Below are positions 29,682-40,084 of a stretch of 64,000 bases of DNA, in pieces. A program made the position numbers and the translations under genes. This stretch comes from a virus (taxonomy: Duplodnaviria > Caudoviricetes): positions 7,929 through 71,928 of IMG/VR virus record IMGVR_UViG_3300005805_000076; one strand, 5' to 3'. The first letter of the stretch is position 1. Every line of letters begins with the position of its first letter. The notes beneath the pieces are model-generated. The model was not told where the DNA came from. It was given only the letters and a program-made list of their open reading frames with translations, and did not search any database.

Positions 29682-30632
29682 ATGATAAAATGTTTAGAAT
29701 GTGGATTTGAAACACATAGGTTACAGTGGACTCATTTTAAATTTAATTGCACCGGGAAATTTTCAAATGGAAAAGAGTATCGAAAAGCCTATCCTAATGC
29801 AAAATTAGTTTCAGATGAGCTAGCTAAAGAGACTGCGGTTACATTAGCAAATTTTATTAAGAAGTATGGAGAAATTGAAGGGAACGATCGGTGGGGGAAA
29901 TACAGAGGCAAGCAAGCATATTCCAATTCATACGAATATAAAAAAGAAAAATTAGGTTGGACTAAGGAACAATATGATAGCTATAATCAATCAAGATCGC
30001 AAACTCTCGAAAAGATGGTAAAAAGGCACGGTGAAGAAGAAGGAGTACGACGTTGGCAGGTATATTGCAATAGGCAAGCATTTACAAATACAAAAGCATA
30101 TTTTATTAACAAATACGGCATTGAAAAAGGGACTGCTAAATATCTCGACGTTAACAAAAGAAAGGCAGTAGGAAATCCTGTATATTTGGCTGAAAAATTA
30201 TCAATAACTGTAGATCAAGCGACTGATATAATTCTATCTAGATATAAAAACAGATATACTAGCAATTTAGAAAAGGAATTTGTGTCACTACTTGAAGAAC
30301 AAATTGGAACTTTGGACCACACTAGTAATAGAAACCCATTTGGCAAATGGAGTCATTATCTAAACACTTATGTTGTTTATGATATAAAACATAACGATTT
30401 TATTATTGAGTTCAACGGTGATTATTGGCACGCTAATCCAAAAATCTACAAAGATGATACGTATATTCGAGGAACTATGGCTATTGATATTCAACAACGA
30501 GATATGTTAAAATTAAAAACTGTTAAAGACTTAGGATTTAGAGTTTTAACCGTTTGGGAGTCTGACTTTAAGTCAAATAAAATAGGAACTATAAAGGACG
30601 TTATACAGTGGATACAATCCGAACAAAAGTAA
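29682..30632 (+). mobile_element. Vsr-like endonuclease gene between the split-intein halves
   Basis: IIEFNGDYWHANP..RD..K...LGFRVLTVWESD; N-terminal CLEC; TATAAATA at 29648 and AGGAG RBS. Confidence 0.8.
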
Positions 30633-30733
30633 AATCAATTAAATGTCTTGGAGAAGTTAATGATTATGTTTATGATATAAGCATAGATAAACAGGATCCA
30701 TTCTTTTTTGCAAATGACATATTAGTTCACAAC
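30608..30733 (+). mobile_element. split intein C-fragment (42 aa)
   Basis: block F YVYDI, block G HN, Thr+1. Confidence 0.9.
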
Positions 30734-31594
30734 ACAGACTCTGTTTATTTTACTGCTTGGCCTTTGATAAAACAGGATGTTGAATCAGGCAAAATGGAGT
30801 GGAACAAGGATGTTGCGGTGCAGGTCTATGATGACATAGCTGAACAAGTTAACAATAGTTTTCCAGCATTTATGGAAAAAGCTTGTCATTGCCCAAGACA
30901 AAACGGTGCCATTATCCGTGGTGGTCGAGAATTGGTAGCTAGCAAAGGTATCTTTATTACTAAAAAACGCTATGCTGTTCTAATCTATGACAAAGAAGGT
31001 AAACGTCTAGATACTAAAGGCAGCAAAGGTAAAATGAAGGCCATGGGGTTGGATTTGAAACGTAGTGATACCCCAAAAGTAGTACAGGACTTTTTGTCTG
31101 AGATTCTGCATGATGTTTTGACTGGTGTTGCTAAAGAAGAAATCATTGACAAAGTTCGTGAATTTAAAATTGCATTCCAAAAACGTCCAGCATGGGAAAA
31201 AGGTACTCCCAAACGTGTAAATAATCTCACACGCTATAGTGATGAAGAAAAACGTTTGGGTAAGGCCAATATGCCTGGGCATGTTCGTGCAGCTATGAAC
31301 TGGAATAATCTTAAACGTATGCATAGCGACAATTACAGTATGTCAATTGTTGATGGTATGAAAACCATTGTATGCAAACTAAAAGATAATCCCCTAGGAT
31401 ATAGTAGTGTGGGCTATCCAGTTGATGAAAGTCATATCCCGCAGTGGTTTAAGGAACTGCCATTTGATGACGACAAAATGGAAACAACCATTGTTGATCA
31501 AAAGGTAGAAAACCTTTTAGGTGTATTGGAATGGCGTATAGCTGAAAGCACTGATATTAAAACTACATTTGACTCGCTGTTTAGCTTTGATTAA
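30608..31594 (+). CDS. split intein C-part fused to the PolB C-terminal half (GTG start)
   Basis: VYDISI..FFANDILVHN then TDSVYF; KKRYA; MGLDLKRSD. Confidence 0.93.
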   Translation: MDTIRTKVKSIKCLGEVNDYVYDISIDKQDPFFFANDILVHNTDSVYFTAWPLIKQDVESGKMEWNKDVAVQVYDDIAEQVNNSFPAFMEKACHCPRQNGAIIRGGRELVASKGIFITKKRYAVLIYDKEGKRLDTKGSKGKMKAMGLDLKRSDTPKVVQDFLSEILHDVLTGVAKEEIIDKVREFKIAFQKRPAWEKGTPKRVNNLTRYSDEEKRLGKANMPGHVRAAMNWNNLKRMHSDNYSMSIVDGMKTIVCKLKDNPLGYSSVGYPVDESHIPQWFKELPFDDDKMETTIVDQKVENLLGVLEWRIAESTDIKTTFDSLFSFD

Positions 31595-31657
31595 TTTTAC
31601 CGCAAGTCTTGCATTTTCTAAATAAACATTATAATATTAACTATTACTGGAGATTTT

Positions 31658-32386
31658 ATGAAAGATTATCTATTAGATATTGTTACCCATACTCAAAGTT
31701 TAGGTATGGATTTGGTCAAAATTACTGGCAACGATAAAGAAACTTTATTGGATGCTATCGCTGAAGACCGCAGCGTGATTGTACAAGCAAAGTTTACAGG
31801 TATTGTGCCTGAATTTATTGGTACGTTTGGCATGCCAAATTTGGGCAAGCTCAACACTATTCTTAATATTCCAGAATATCAAGAAGATGCAGATATCACT
31901 ATCATTAAGCAGGATCGCAATGGTGAATCAGTGCCTGTAGGCATACACTTTGAAAACAAAAGCGGTGACTTTAAAAATGACTATCGCTTTATGAGTTCTG
32001 AAATTGTTAATGACAAACTTAAAACAGTTAAGTTCAAAGGTGTAAAGTGGAACATTGATATTGTTCCTTCTGTGGCCAGTATCCAAAAACTTAAATTTCA
32101 ACAAAGCGCAAACAGTGAAGAAACTAAGTTTGTAGCTAAAACTGAAAATGGCGACCTTAAGTTTTACTTTGGCGATCACAGCAGCCACGCAGGTAACTTT
32201 GTGTTCGAAAGCAAGGTCAGTGGAAAACTTAGCAAAGCTTGGGCATGGCCCGTTGATGCAGTTATTAGTATTCTTGGTCTTGTTGGTGATAAAACACTGA
32301 AGATTTCAGATGAAGGTGCTGCAATGATAACCGTAGACAGTGGAATTGCACAGTATAACTATATCCTGCCAGCACAAACAAAATAA
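31658..32386 (+). CDS. probable sliding clamp (gp45/PCNA-like)
   Basis: 242 aa, beta-rich two-domain pattern, follows polB, YNYILPA C-terminus; clamp loader in the same window. Confidence 0.55.
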   Translation: MKDYLLDIVTHTQSLGMDLVKITGNDKETLLDAIAEDRSVIVQAKFTGIVPEFIGTFGMPNLGKLNTILNIPEYQEDADITIIKQDRNGESVPVGIHFENKSGDFKNDYRFMSSEIVNDKLKTVKFKGVKWNIDIVPSVASIQKLKFQQSANSEETKFVAKTENGDLKFYFGDHSSHAGNFVFESKVSGKLSKAWAWPVDAVISILGLVGDKTLKISDEGAAMITVDSGIAQYNYILPAQTK

Positions 32387-33969
32387 TGGAAAAAACAAAA
32401 ACCATAGATAATCTAACTGCAAAACAGAAAGATTATGCCATATTTTTGCCGGCATTAAGCAGTTTCTACTCCACAGTTATATCTAAACAACAATTAGATC
32501 CAAACTATGTTGCTCCAACACGCATACCTCAAGGTTTTGAAAATGGCGTTGAAGGTATGAACTGGTTTAATGCCAAACAAGGGTATTTTACTTATAAATG
32601 GAGTTTGTATTCCGCAGGACATGCAGAGATTGATGTAAACAAGGGTCCGGGCCGCGATGAAATGATGCGAGCTAGAGATAGAAAGAATACCTTTGTGTTG
32701 GGCGATAGCGGCGGATTCCAAATTGGTAAAGGTGTTTGGGAAGGACAATGGACTAACCCTAACTGCCCCAAAGCAGCTAAAAAACGTAAACAAGTTTTAA
32801 CTTGGATGGATACCTATATGGATCGAGGTATGATCCTAGATATTCCAGGATGGACACATAGAATTCCTTCTGGTAGAAAAAATACAGGTATTACTTGTTA
32901 TGAAGATGCTGTAAAAGCCACAGAAATTAACAACGACTACTTTATGAAACATAGGAATGGCAATTGTAAATTCCTCAATGTTTTGCAGGGCGAAAATCAT
33001 ACAGAAGCTGATGGCTGGTATGACCGTATGAAGAAATACTGCGACCCAAAACAATACAGTCAACCATTTAATGGTTGGGGTATGGGTGGACAAAACATGT
33101 GCGATGTTCATCTATTATTGCGTAGATTGGTAGCTCTACGTTTTGATGGATTATTAGAACCTGGGTTACATGATTGGATGCATTTCCTCGGTACCAGCAA
33201 GTTAGAGTGGGCTATGTTGTTGACTGATGTACAACGTGCTGTACGTAAATATCACAACGAAAACTTTACTATTAGCTTTGACTGTGCAAGTCCGTTCTTA
33301 GCCACAGCCAATGGACAGATATATTATGATGTCAGTATAGTTGATAGAGATCGTTGGAGTTATTGTATGCGCGGCAGTGTAGACGATAAAAAATATGCCA
33401 AAGACACACGTAGTTTCCGTGATGCGGTGTTACAGGACAATGTATTTGACAAGTTCATTGAAAGTCCTATCAGTGAGAGGTTACAGATCAAAGATATTTG
33501 TACCTATGCACCAGGTGACCTAAATAAAATTGGCAAAGAAGGTAGAACTAGTTGGGATAGTTTCAGCTATACTTTGCAGATGTCACATAACGTTTGGACA
33601 CATATCTATGCAGTACAGGAAGCAAATAGACAATATGATGGTGGTATTATGCCTAACATGTTGGATACTATTACAGCAGATAAGAAAAAACCTAGATTCT
33701 ATGACCAACGTTATTTCCGTGACATTGTTAATGAAATCTTTGCTACCAGTGACAGAGGCAAAGCTGAAGCATTGATTGAACACTATAACGAGTATTGGAA
33801 AAACATTCCTGGTACTAGAGGTGCAATAGGTAAGAAAACCGTCAATAGTGGTACTATGTTTAATGCATTGTTTGAACAGGTTGATACAGATGATGTTAAA
33901 ACCACTGACGAAAACGATTTGGATGAATCTAAATTGGAGGAGTTAGAAACAGATGAATTACAAGGATAG
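32386..33969 (+). CDS. TGT/DpdA-like guanine transglycosylase
   Basis: LGDSGGFQ, MILD, NVLQG, HFLG, SFDCAS motifs; next to fol/que genes. Confidence 0.75.
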   Translation: MEKTKTIDNLTAKQKDYAIFLPALSSFYSTVISKQQLDPNYVAPTRIPQGFENGVEGMNWFNAKQGYFTYKWSLYSAGHAEIDVNKGPGRDEMMRARDRKNTFVLGDSGGFQIGKGVWEGQWTNPNCPKAAKKRKQVLTWMDTYMDRGMILDIPGWTHRIPSGRKNTGITCYEDAVKATEINNDYFMKHRNGNCKFLNVLQGENHTEADGWYDRMKKYCDPKQYSQPFNGWGMGGQNMCDVHLLLRRLVALRFDGLLEPGLHDWMHFLGTSKLEWAMLLTDVQRAVRKYHNENFTISFDCASPFLATANGQIYYDVSIVDRDRWSYCMRGSVDDKKYAKDTRSFRDAVLQDNVFDKFIESPISERLQIKDICTYAPGDLNKIGKEGRTSWDSFSYTLQMSHNVWTHIYAVQEANRQYDGGIMPNMLDTITADKKKPRFYDQRYFRDIVNEIFATSDRGKAEALIEHYNEYWKNIPGTRGAIGKKTVNSGTMFNALFEQVDTDDVKTTDENDLDESKLEELETDELQG

Positions 33970-34165
33970 AATTGCTCATTTAACAGAGATGCATAAGGTT
34001 TTAAATAAAAGAATTGACACAGCAGAACAATCAGCGAATCCAGACCATCTTAATCTGCATGAAATGAAGAAAAAACGTCTAGCGTTAAAGGACGAGATTT
34101 CTAGACTCAGCAGATTGCAATGGGAAGAAGATCACGAACGTGTGAATATTGATGACGATAGATGA
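33953..34165 (+). CDS. YdcH/DUF465-like coiled-coil protein
   Basis: HKVLNKRI...MKKKRLALKDEI. Confidence 0.6.
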   Translation: MNYKDRIAHLTEMHKVLNKRIDTAEQSANPDHLNLHEMKKKRLALKDEISRLSRLQWEEDHERVNIDDDR

Positions 34166-35031
34166 AAAGTTTAGTAATTGGTTTAGGCATAGGTAGTTTA
34201 TATAAATCAGTATTAGAGTCTTTTGGTGCTCAGGTTTTTACCGTAGACTCTAATCCTCAGAGATCTGCTGACTTTCTAGATGTTGATCAGGCTATTGCTG
34301 CACATCAATATTTTGATACTGCACATATCTGTACTCCAAACTTTACACATGCTGAACTAGCTAATAAAGTAGCATCACATGCTAGACTTGTTTTTGTTGA
34401 AAAGCCAGGTGTAAAAAATTCCAAAGAGTGGCGCAGTATTCTTAAACTGCATCCTAACACACGATTCATGATGGTTAAAAATAACCAATGGCGAGACAAC
34501 ATAGATGAACTGGCTGATCTAGCAAATTCATCCAAAAACATCAAACTATGTTGGATCAATAAAAACCGCATACCTTATCCTGGCAGTTGGTTTACTAATA
34601 AAGAGTTAGCGTTTGGTGGTGTATCTAGAGATTTATTGCCACATTTACTGAGTTACTTTATAGCTTTTGAACCTAACTATGAACAAGCGGTTTGGCTAAA
34701 GAGTCATTGTTGGCAGCAGTGGCGGTTACAGGATCTTACACATAGTGATTATGGTATTGTGGATCACAAAGGTGTCTATAATGTAGATGATAGAGTAGAA
34801 TTATCCTGTAATATAGAACATCGACATTACGAAATCATAGCTGATTGGCGTAGTAATAACGAAGATGATATTGCTATATATTTTGATGATAAAAGAATTC
34901 AATTGGATCTATGTCCAGAATCAGCCTATGCTAGGATGATTGAAACAGCAGTTCGTAATCTAAACAATGATGCTTTCTGGCTAAATCAAACTAGACAAGA
35001 TATGTGGATTCATACTAAAATAAAGCTATGA
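34162..35031 (+). CDS. Gfo/Idh/MocA-family oxidoreductase
   Basis: VIGLGIG, ICTPNFTH, VFVEKP, GGVSRDLLPH. Confidence 0.85.
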   Translation: MKSLVIGLGIGSLYKSVLESFGAQVFTVDSNPQRSADFLDVDQAIAAHQYFDTAHICTPNFTHAELANKVASHARLVFVEKPGVKNSKEWRSILKLHPNTRFMMVKNNQWRDNIDELADLANSSKNIKLCWINKNRIPYPGSWFTNKELAFGGVSRDLLPHLLSYFIAFEPNYEQAVWLKSHCWQQWRLQDLTHSDYGIVDHKGVYNVDDRVELSCNIEHRHYEIIADWRSNNEDDIAIYFDDKRIQLDLCPESAYARMIETAVRNLNNDAFWLNQTRQDMWIHTKIKL

Positions 35032-35924
35032 AAGTAAATGTATTGCAGACCTTTGGCAAGGGTGAATTTGTAGAGACAGTCTACGACAAACCAGACCCTG
35101 CTCAAGATGAAATTGAAGTTCAAGCGGTAATGACTGGGGTATGTCGCAGCGACATAGATATGATGTTGGGCGACTTTCAAACTCTACCCATACACATGCA
35201 AGGGCATGAAGGATTGGGTATAGTTACCAAAGTTGGCAACAATATTCAAGATGTAAAACTAGGTGACTATGTTGCTACACGTGGTGAACCAGCTTATGCA
35301 GATTTTTACAATGCTAAGATGTTTTCTTATGTAAAAGTACCTGAACTGCATCAACGTTACATTATTGAACCAGTAGCTTGTGGTGTAAACATTGTAATGG
35401 CTTGTATTAGAGAAATAGCAGAACGCAGTGGTAGAAACAAAAGATTGTTGATTGTGGGCAGTGGCTTTCTAGCTTATGTAGCTTATAAGACTCTTAAGTT
35501 AAATCATTTAGATTTTGATATTGATGTTTTGGGCAGTCACAATTTAGATATTTGGGGCGATAAGTTATTGTTTGGAACCTCAGATGTTTATGATGTAGTG
35601 ATTGATCTCAGCAGTGGTGAGGTTTATGATAACATTAGCGATAATGCTTTGTTAATTTTAGCTGCTGGTAAGGATAAAAATGTAGGGTTGGATATCAATT
35701 CATTGTTATGGAAATCCGCCAATATCATGTTGCCCAGTCCTAGGAATCTTAATTTCCATATGTGTATGCGTGATGCTGCACGATGGATAGAAAATGGTGA
35801 CATTGTTGTTGACAAGTTCTGGAGTAAGGGTTATAATAGATATACAGAATGGCAGCAAGCATTTGCTGATGGCGTAAACCGGCCTGCCAATTATAGCCGG
35901 GGTTATTTGTATTGGCAGCATTGA
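35028..35924 (+). CDS. zinc-dependent medium-chain dehydrogenase
   Basis: GVCRSD, GHEGLG, IVGSG. Confidence 0.85.
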   Translation: MKVNVLQTFGKGEFVETVYDKPDPAQDEIEVQAVMTGVCRSDIDMMLGDFQTLPIHMQGHEGLGIVTKVGNNIQDVKLGDYVATRGEPAYADFYNAKMFSYVKVPELHQRYIIEPVACGVNIVMACIREIAERSGRNKRLLIVGSGFLAYVAYKTLKLNHLDFDIDVLGSHNLDIWGDKLLFGTSDVYDVVIDLSSGEVYDNISDNALLILAAGKDKNVGLDINSLLWKSANIMLPSPRNLNFHMCMRDAARWIENGDIVVDKFWSKGYNRYTEWQQAFADGVNRPANYSRGYLYWQH

Positions 35925-36463
35925 TGTCTTTAGACACTGAAGCACGTAAACAAGTAGATTATTTTATTGGCACAGAAGTAGAACATACAGCAATGAAGGG
36001 TGAGAAAACTCTTTTCGTTGTAGGTATAAAGCCGCTTGATGAAATCGTAGCCACAGCAAGACGTTATAAAATAAATCACATCTATTTTGGCACCAGTCAA
36101 AGTTTTACCCCAAATTCAGTTGATGAATGGCAACAATGGGACCACATGATTAGACCCTTGTTGTCCTTGGGTTATTGGGTTACATTGGACTTTGACATTA
36201 AACATATCGAGTTCATTCATGAATCCTGTTGGAACGAGTACAATACCTTTATTCCAATGATCAGTGCTAAAATTCCAGCTATTAAATTACTAAATTATAA
36301 CGCAGTATTAAAAATTGATGATGTCACTTGGGGTAAAACTAATCCAGGGGTATGGTGTCACAGTGTTCATGAATTAATGAATAAATCTGCCTTTACTGGT
36401 TGGAAAGACTATGTGGGTGACAAAACAGTCAAACCAGTTAAAGTGCCAAAAAATAAATCTTAA
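35924..36463 (+). CDS. hypothetical protein of the deazaguanine cluster
   Basis: ATG overlaps the upstream TGA; YFIGTEVEHT, HIYFG. Confidence 0.7.
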   Translation: MSLDTEARKQVDYFIGTEVEHTAMKGEKTLFVVGIKPLDEIVATARRYKINHIYFGTSQSFTPNSVDEWQQWDHMIRPLLSLGYWVTLDFDIKHIEFIHESCWNEYNTFIPMISAKIPAIKLLNYNAVLKIDDVTWGKTNPGVWCHSVHELMNKSAFTGWKDYVGDKTVKPVKVPKNKS

Positions 36464-36477
36464 TTATTGGGAATAAT

Positions 36478-36909
36478 ATGGAAGACCATTCACCACAACG
36501 AGAACTAGCACTATACGAAAATCGGCAACGTATCAAACGTGATGCTGATAGGAAGATCTGGGTTACATTTCGTAAAGAAGGTATCCACTGTTATCCAGCT
36601 GCGGCCACTGCACCTGCATTACAGGATGTAAGTTTTTTGGGTTATCCGCATAGACATATCTTCCATTTCAAAGTTTGGATTGATGTTCTGCATAATGACC
36701 GTGACATAGAATTTATCCAATTCAAACGTTGGTGTGAATCTCTATATACTAGTCAAACTTTGGATCTAAATAACAAAAGCTGTGAAATGATTGCAGACGA
36801 TTTGTTTGATCAAATCGCTCAAAAGTATCCTGACCGTAGGGTCTGGATTGAGGTCTCCGAAGACGGTGAGAACGGAGCTCTTATTAAATATGAACTCTCA
36901 CCTAAATAA
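36478..36909 (+). CDS. QueD-like T-fold protein
   Basis: EGIHCYP, HRHIFH (HxH), SCEMIA, IEVSEDGENG. Confidence 0.65.
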   Translation: MEDHSPQRELALYENRQRIKRDADRKIWVTFRKEGIHCYPAAATAPALQDVSFLGYPHRHIFHFKVWIDVLHNDRDIEFIQFKRWCESLYTSQTLDLNNKSCEMIADDLFDQIAQKYPDRRVWIEVSEDGENGALIKYELSPK

Positions 36910-36932
36910 ACAAAGTAACAAGAGGAAATAAA

Positions 36933-37124
36933 ATGTCTCAACCTGTTTGGCTTAAAAAATATCTCCGTATGAAACCAGAAGTTACCAAGATCTATGATGA
37001 TCTTGAAGAATGGTTGAATCACTGTCGTTGGGAGATGATTAAGTTTGATCCTAAGGATCTATATAGGAGCAAAGAATATAAAGAGTTTGTGAAAGCCAAA
37101 AAGACAGTAGCTAAAAATGGCTAA
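36933..37124 (+). CDS. hypothetical protein
   Basis: 63-aa ORF with GAGG RBS. Confidence 0.65.
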   Translation: MSQPVWLKKYLRMKPEVTKIYDDLEEWLNHCRWEMIKFDPKDLYRSKEYKEFVKAKKTVAKNG

Positions 37125-37152
37125 TGTATTTGTCATTATTTTTGAAAATCTG

Positions 37153-38100
37153 TTAATTTGACTGTAACTTTTTATAGTCTTTGACTTTACAAATTTTTTT
37201 AAATTCCCAAAAGCCTCTTAAATGAGGCTTTTTTGGATCTAATGATGACCCAATTTCTTGTTTTTTACAAAAATCTAATCTATTTCCCATAAGTATAAAG
37301 GTTTCACCAGAAGGAGAAATTGCTTCCCAAACGTAAGCATTATAATTTTGATCACCATAAGAATTTCTTTTAGGACGAGATCGATTTGATTGTGCTGATT
37401 TAATTTTTCCTGCTGTTAGTCCTTCTTTTCTAATCTCTTCTAACCATTTTTTGCCAAAATTATTAATGAGTAAATGTCTTATGGTGTATTGAGCGTGTCC
37501 AGTTTTTTCAGAGGTGGTCTTGATAGTTTTATATTTTTCAAATTCAGATTTAATCGTATTTAAATACTCTAAGTAATTATTATATCCATATTTTCGTGCT
37601 ATTGCCTCTAAATGTTTTTCTTTAACTTCTGGTTGATTCATAGGATTATTAAGTTTAGAATATATTTTATTGAATTCTCTCATAGAGTTTAACCCCTTTT
37701 CTGAATGATATTGACCAAATTTTTCTTGTCTATATTTTTTATGATTGGCTATTCTTTCTCCAACCCTATGACACACATTATTTGAACAATTTAAAAATCG
37801 TTCTTCAAAAACCATATTCATACGACGAATAACTTTGCTTTCATGTGCTATAGCAGCTTCTTGAGCATTATGGATAGACCCGTATATTTTAGGATCAAAT
37901 ATTTTTCTAATTTCTATTAATTTTGGATCGCCGTATTTTTTTCTATATGTTTTAACCAATTCTGATGAAGTAAAATATGTTTTCCAAAAAGTGCTAGGAT
38001 TTGAATCATACCCAAATTTTACTCCATAATAAAATTTGTTTGATTCAGGCCACCCTATAAAATAACAATAGGGTATAGTTTTAAGGTTGTTATGACTCAT
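37153..38100 (-). mobile_element. free-standing GIY-YIG-like homing endonuclease, antisense to the operon
   Basis: PYCYFIGW..KFYYGVKF..YFTSS..E..E motifs; same N-terminal family as 7909..8655. Confidence 0.75.
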
Positions 38101-38131
38101 ATGATTATTTATTCATTTTCAGTGAAAATTA

Positions 38132-38160
38132 TTGATTTTATAAAAATAATGCTGTATAAT
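38132..38160 (+). promoter_or_regulatory. sigma70-type promoter for the glycosyltransferase
   Basis: TTGATT-17 nt-TATAAT. Confidence 0.55.
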
Positions 38161-38181
38161 CTTTTTTAATTAGGAAATAAA

Positions 38182-39258
38182 ATGATGAAACCCACAATTT
38201 GGATTTTTAGTATTGAACCTTTAGAAAATCGCTATACTAAGCAATGGCACGAGCATTTTCCTGCTTTACTTAAAAAAAGGGTAGGTAGTCAATTTAACAT
38301 CGTTCAAATTGACGGAATACAAAAAAATACCAAAACTACTCCTGGAGCTTTTTTAAATTTTTCTGATACGAACTATTGGAAAAGTTCTCAGTTATGTAAA
38401 TTTTTAGACTGCCACAATAACGGCGAAACCTCAGCTAATGATCATTTTATTTTCACTGACGCTTGGAATCCCACAGTAATTCAATTGCGGTACATATCTG
38501 ATTTATTGGGTTTTAATTGGAAATTACATGGTCTTTTTCATGCAGGAAGTTGGGATCCTCAGGATTTCCTAGGTAGATTAATTGGATCAGCACCTTGGGT
38601 TAGACATGCTGAAAAGAGTTTCTTTCACGCAATCGATTATAACTACTTTGCCACAGACTTTCATATCAAATTGTTTTGTAAAAATTTGTTAGGTATTGGT
38701 GCAACTGATCATTGGGAAGGTAGTAACATTATACGCACAGGCTGGCCCATGGAATATATGGAGCAGACTCTTGCTCCATACAAAGGTATGAAGAAACGTG
38801 ACCTAATCCTGTTTCCACACAGACTGGCTCCAGAAAAACAACTAGATATCTTTAAGGATCTACAACAGCAATTACCACAATACGAGTTTGTGGTATGCCA
38901 GGAACAACAGTTAACCAAAGATGAGTATCATAATCTTTTGGGAGCAGCTAAGATTGTGTTCAGTGCTAATCTACAGGAAACACTGGGTATTAGCTGTTAT
39001 GAAGGTGCATTAGTGGATGCAGTCCCGATGGTTCCAGATAGACTTAGTTATAGTGAAATGTATTATGACACATTCAAATATCCCAGTGAATGGACTGAAG
39101 ATTGGTCAAGCTATATGAACTATAGGCAGCATTTGTGCTATCATATTTCCACAGTTATGACTCATTATGAAACACGATTACCACAACTGCAAAAGCAGGC
39201 ATCGGATCTAACCAAATACTTTTTTAGTGCAGATGTATTGTTACAGCAAATTAATTAG
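38182..39258 (+). CDS. GT-B (GT4-like) glycosyltransferase
   Basis: FPHRLAPEKQ, ANLQETLGIS..EGA, PDRLSY.E. Confidence 0.75.
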   Translation: MMKPTIWIFSIEPLENRYTKQWHEHFPALLKKRVGSQFNIVQIDGIQKNTKTTPGAFLNFSDTNYWKSSQLCKFLDCHNNGETSANDHFIFTDAWNPTVIQLRYISDLLGFNWKLHGLFHAGSWDPQDFLGRLIGSAPWVRHAEKSFFHAIDYNYFATDFHIKLFCKNLLGIGATDHWEGSNIIRTGWPMEYMEQTLAPYKGMKKRDLILFPHRLAPEKQLDIFKDLQQQLPQYEFVVCQEQQLTKDEYHNLLGAAKIVFSANLQETLGISCYEGALVDAVPMVPDRLSYSEMYYDTFKYPSEWTEDWSSYMNYRQHLCYHISTVMTHYETRLPQLQKQASDLTKYFFSADVLLQQIN

Positions 39259-39278
39259 TCCATTTGACTGGAAATTAA

Positions 39279-39307
39279 TTGACTAATGTGTCCGGCCTAA
39301 ATATAAT
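39279..39307 (+). promoter_or_regulatory. composite sigma70 / late-type promoter
   Basis: TTGACT-17 nt-TATAAT overlapping TAAATA (39298-39303). Confidence 0.65.
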
Positions 39308-39403
39308 ATGAAGATGCAAAGAAAATTTATTCCTACAGCAATCTACAATCATAAGATGCCTTTTGTATCTTCATCGTCAAATAACAAGGATCAGAATATA
39401 ATT

Positions 39404-40084
39404 ATGCACAAACCAATCAGTGAACAAATTAGAGAAAGAATTTTAGCAGCAGGGGTAAAATTCCACAGTAATGATAACATTGCTGATTTTATCAAAGAAG
39501 GTGAAATTGATGCTTTGGTTGACGAAGTAGCCGAGCAATTTCAAGGTGTATTAAACAGTTTAGTTATTGACACTGACAATGATCATAACACACAGGAAAC
39601 TGCAAGACGTGTGGCTAAGATGTTTGTATTAGAAACATTCAATGGCAGATATCGTCCAGAGCCAAGAATCACTGCTTTCCCTAACATGGGGTATAAAAGC
39701 CTTTATACAACTGGACCTATCAGTATTCGCAGTACCTGCGCACATCACTTTCAAAATATTGTTGGACGTTGTTGGGTTGGCATTGTGCCGGAAGATGAAG
39801 TAATTGGACTCAGCAAGTTTAATCGCATTGTACATCACATCTGCGAACGTCCACAAATCCAAGAAGAAATGACCACACAGATTGCAGAAGCATTGAAAAA
39901 GTATGCTAAAACTGACAATATTGCTGTGGTAGTCAAAGCAGAACATCATTGTATGACCATGCGTGGTGTAAGGGAGCATGAAAGTGATATGACCACTGCA
40001 ATTATGTTAGGTGCTTTTGATAATCATCCTCCACTTAAACAAGAGTTTTATGATATTTGTTTAAGCATGAAGGGTCACAAATAA
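39404..40084 (+). CDS. folE: GTP cyclohydrolase I (start 39404 or 39308)
   Basis: ETARRVAK, STCAHH, GLSKFNR, RPQIQEEMT, HHCMTMRG. Confidence 0.93.
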   Translation: MHKPISEQIRERILAAGVKFHSNDNIADFIKEGEIDALVDEVAEQFQGVLNSLVIDTDNDHNTQETARRVAKMFVLETFNGRYRPEPRITAFPNMGYKSLYTTGPISIRSTCAHHFQNIVGRCWVGIVPEDEVIGLSKFNRIVHHICERPQIQEEMTTQIAEALKKYAKTDNIAVVVKAEHHCMTMRGVREHESDMTTAIMLGAFDNHPPLKQEFYDICLSMKGHK

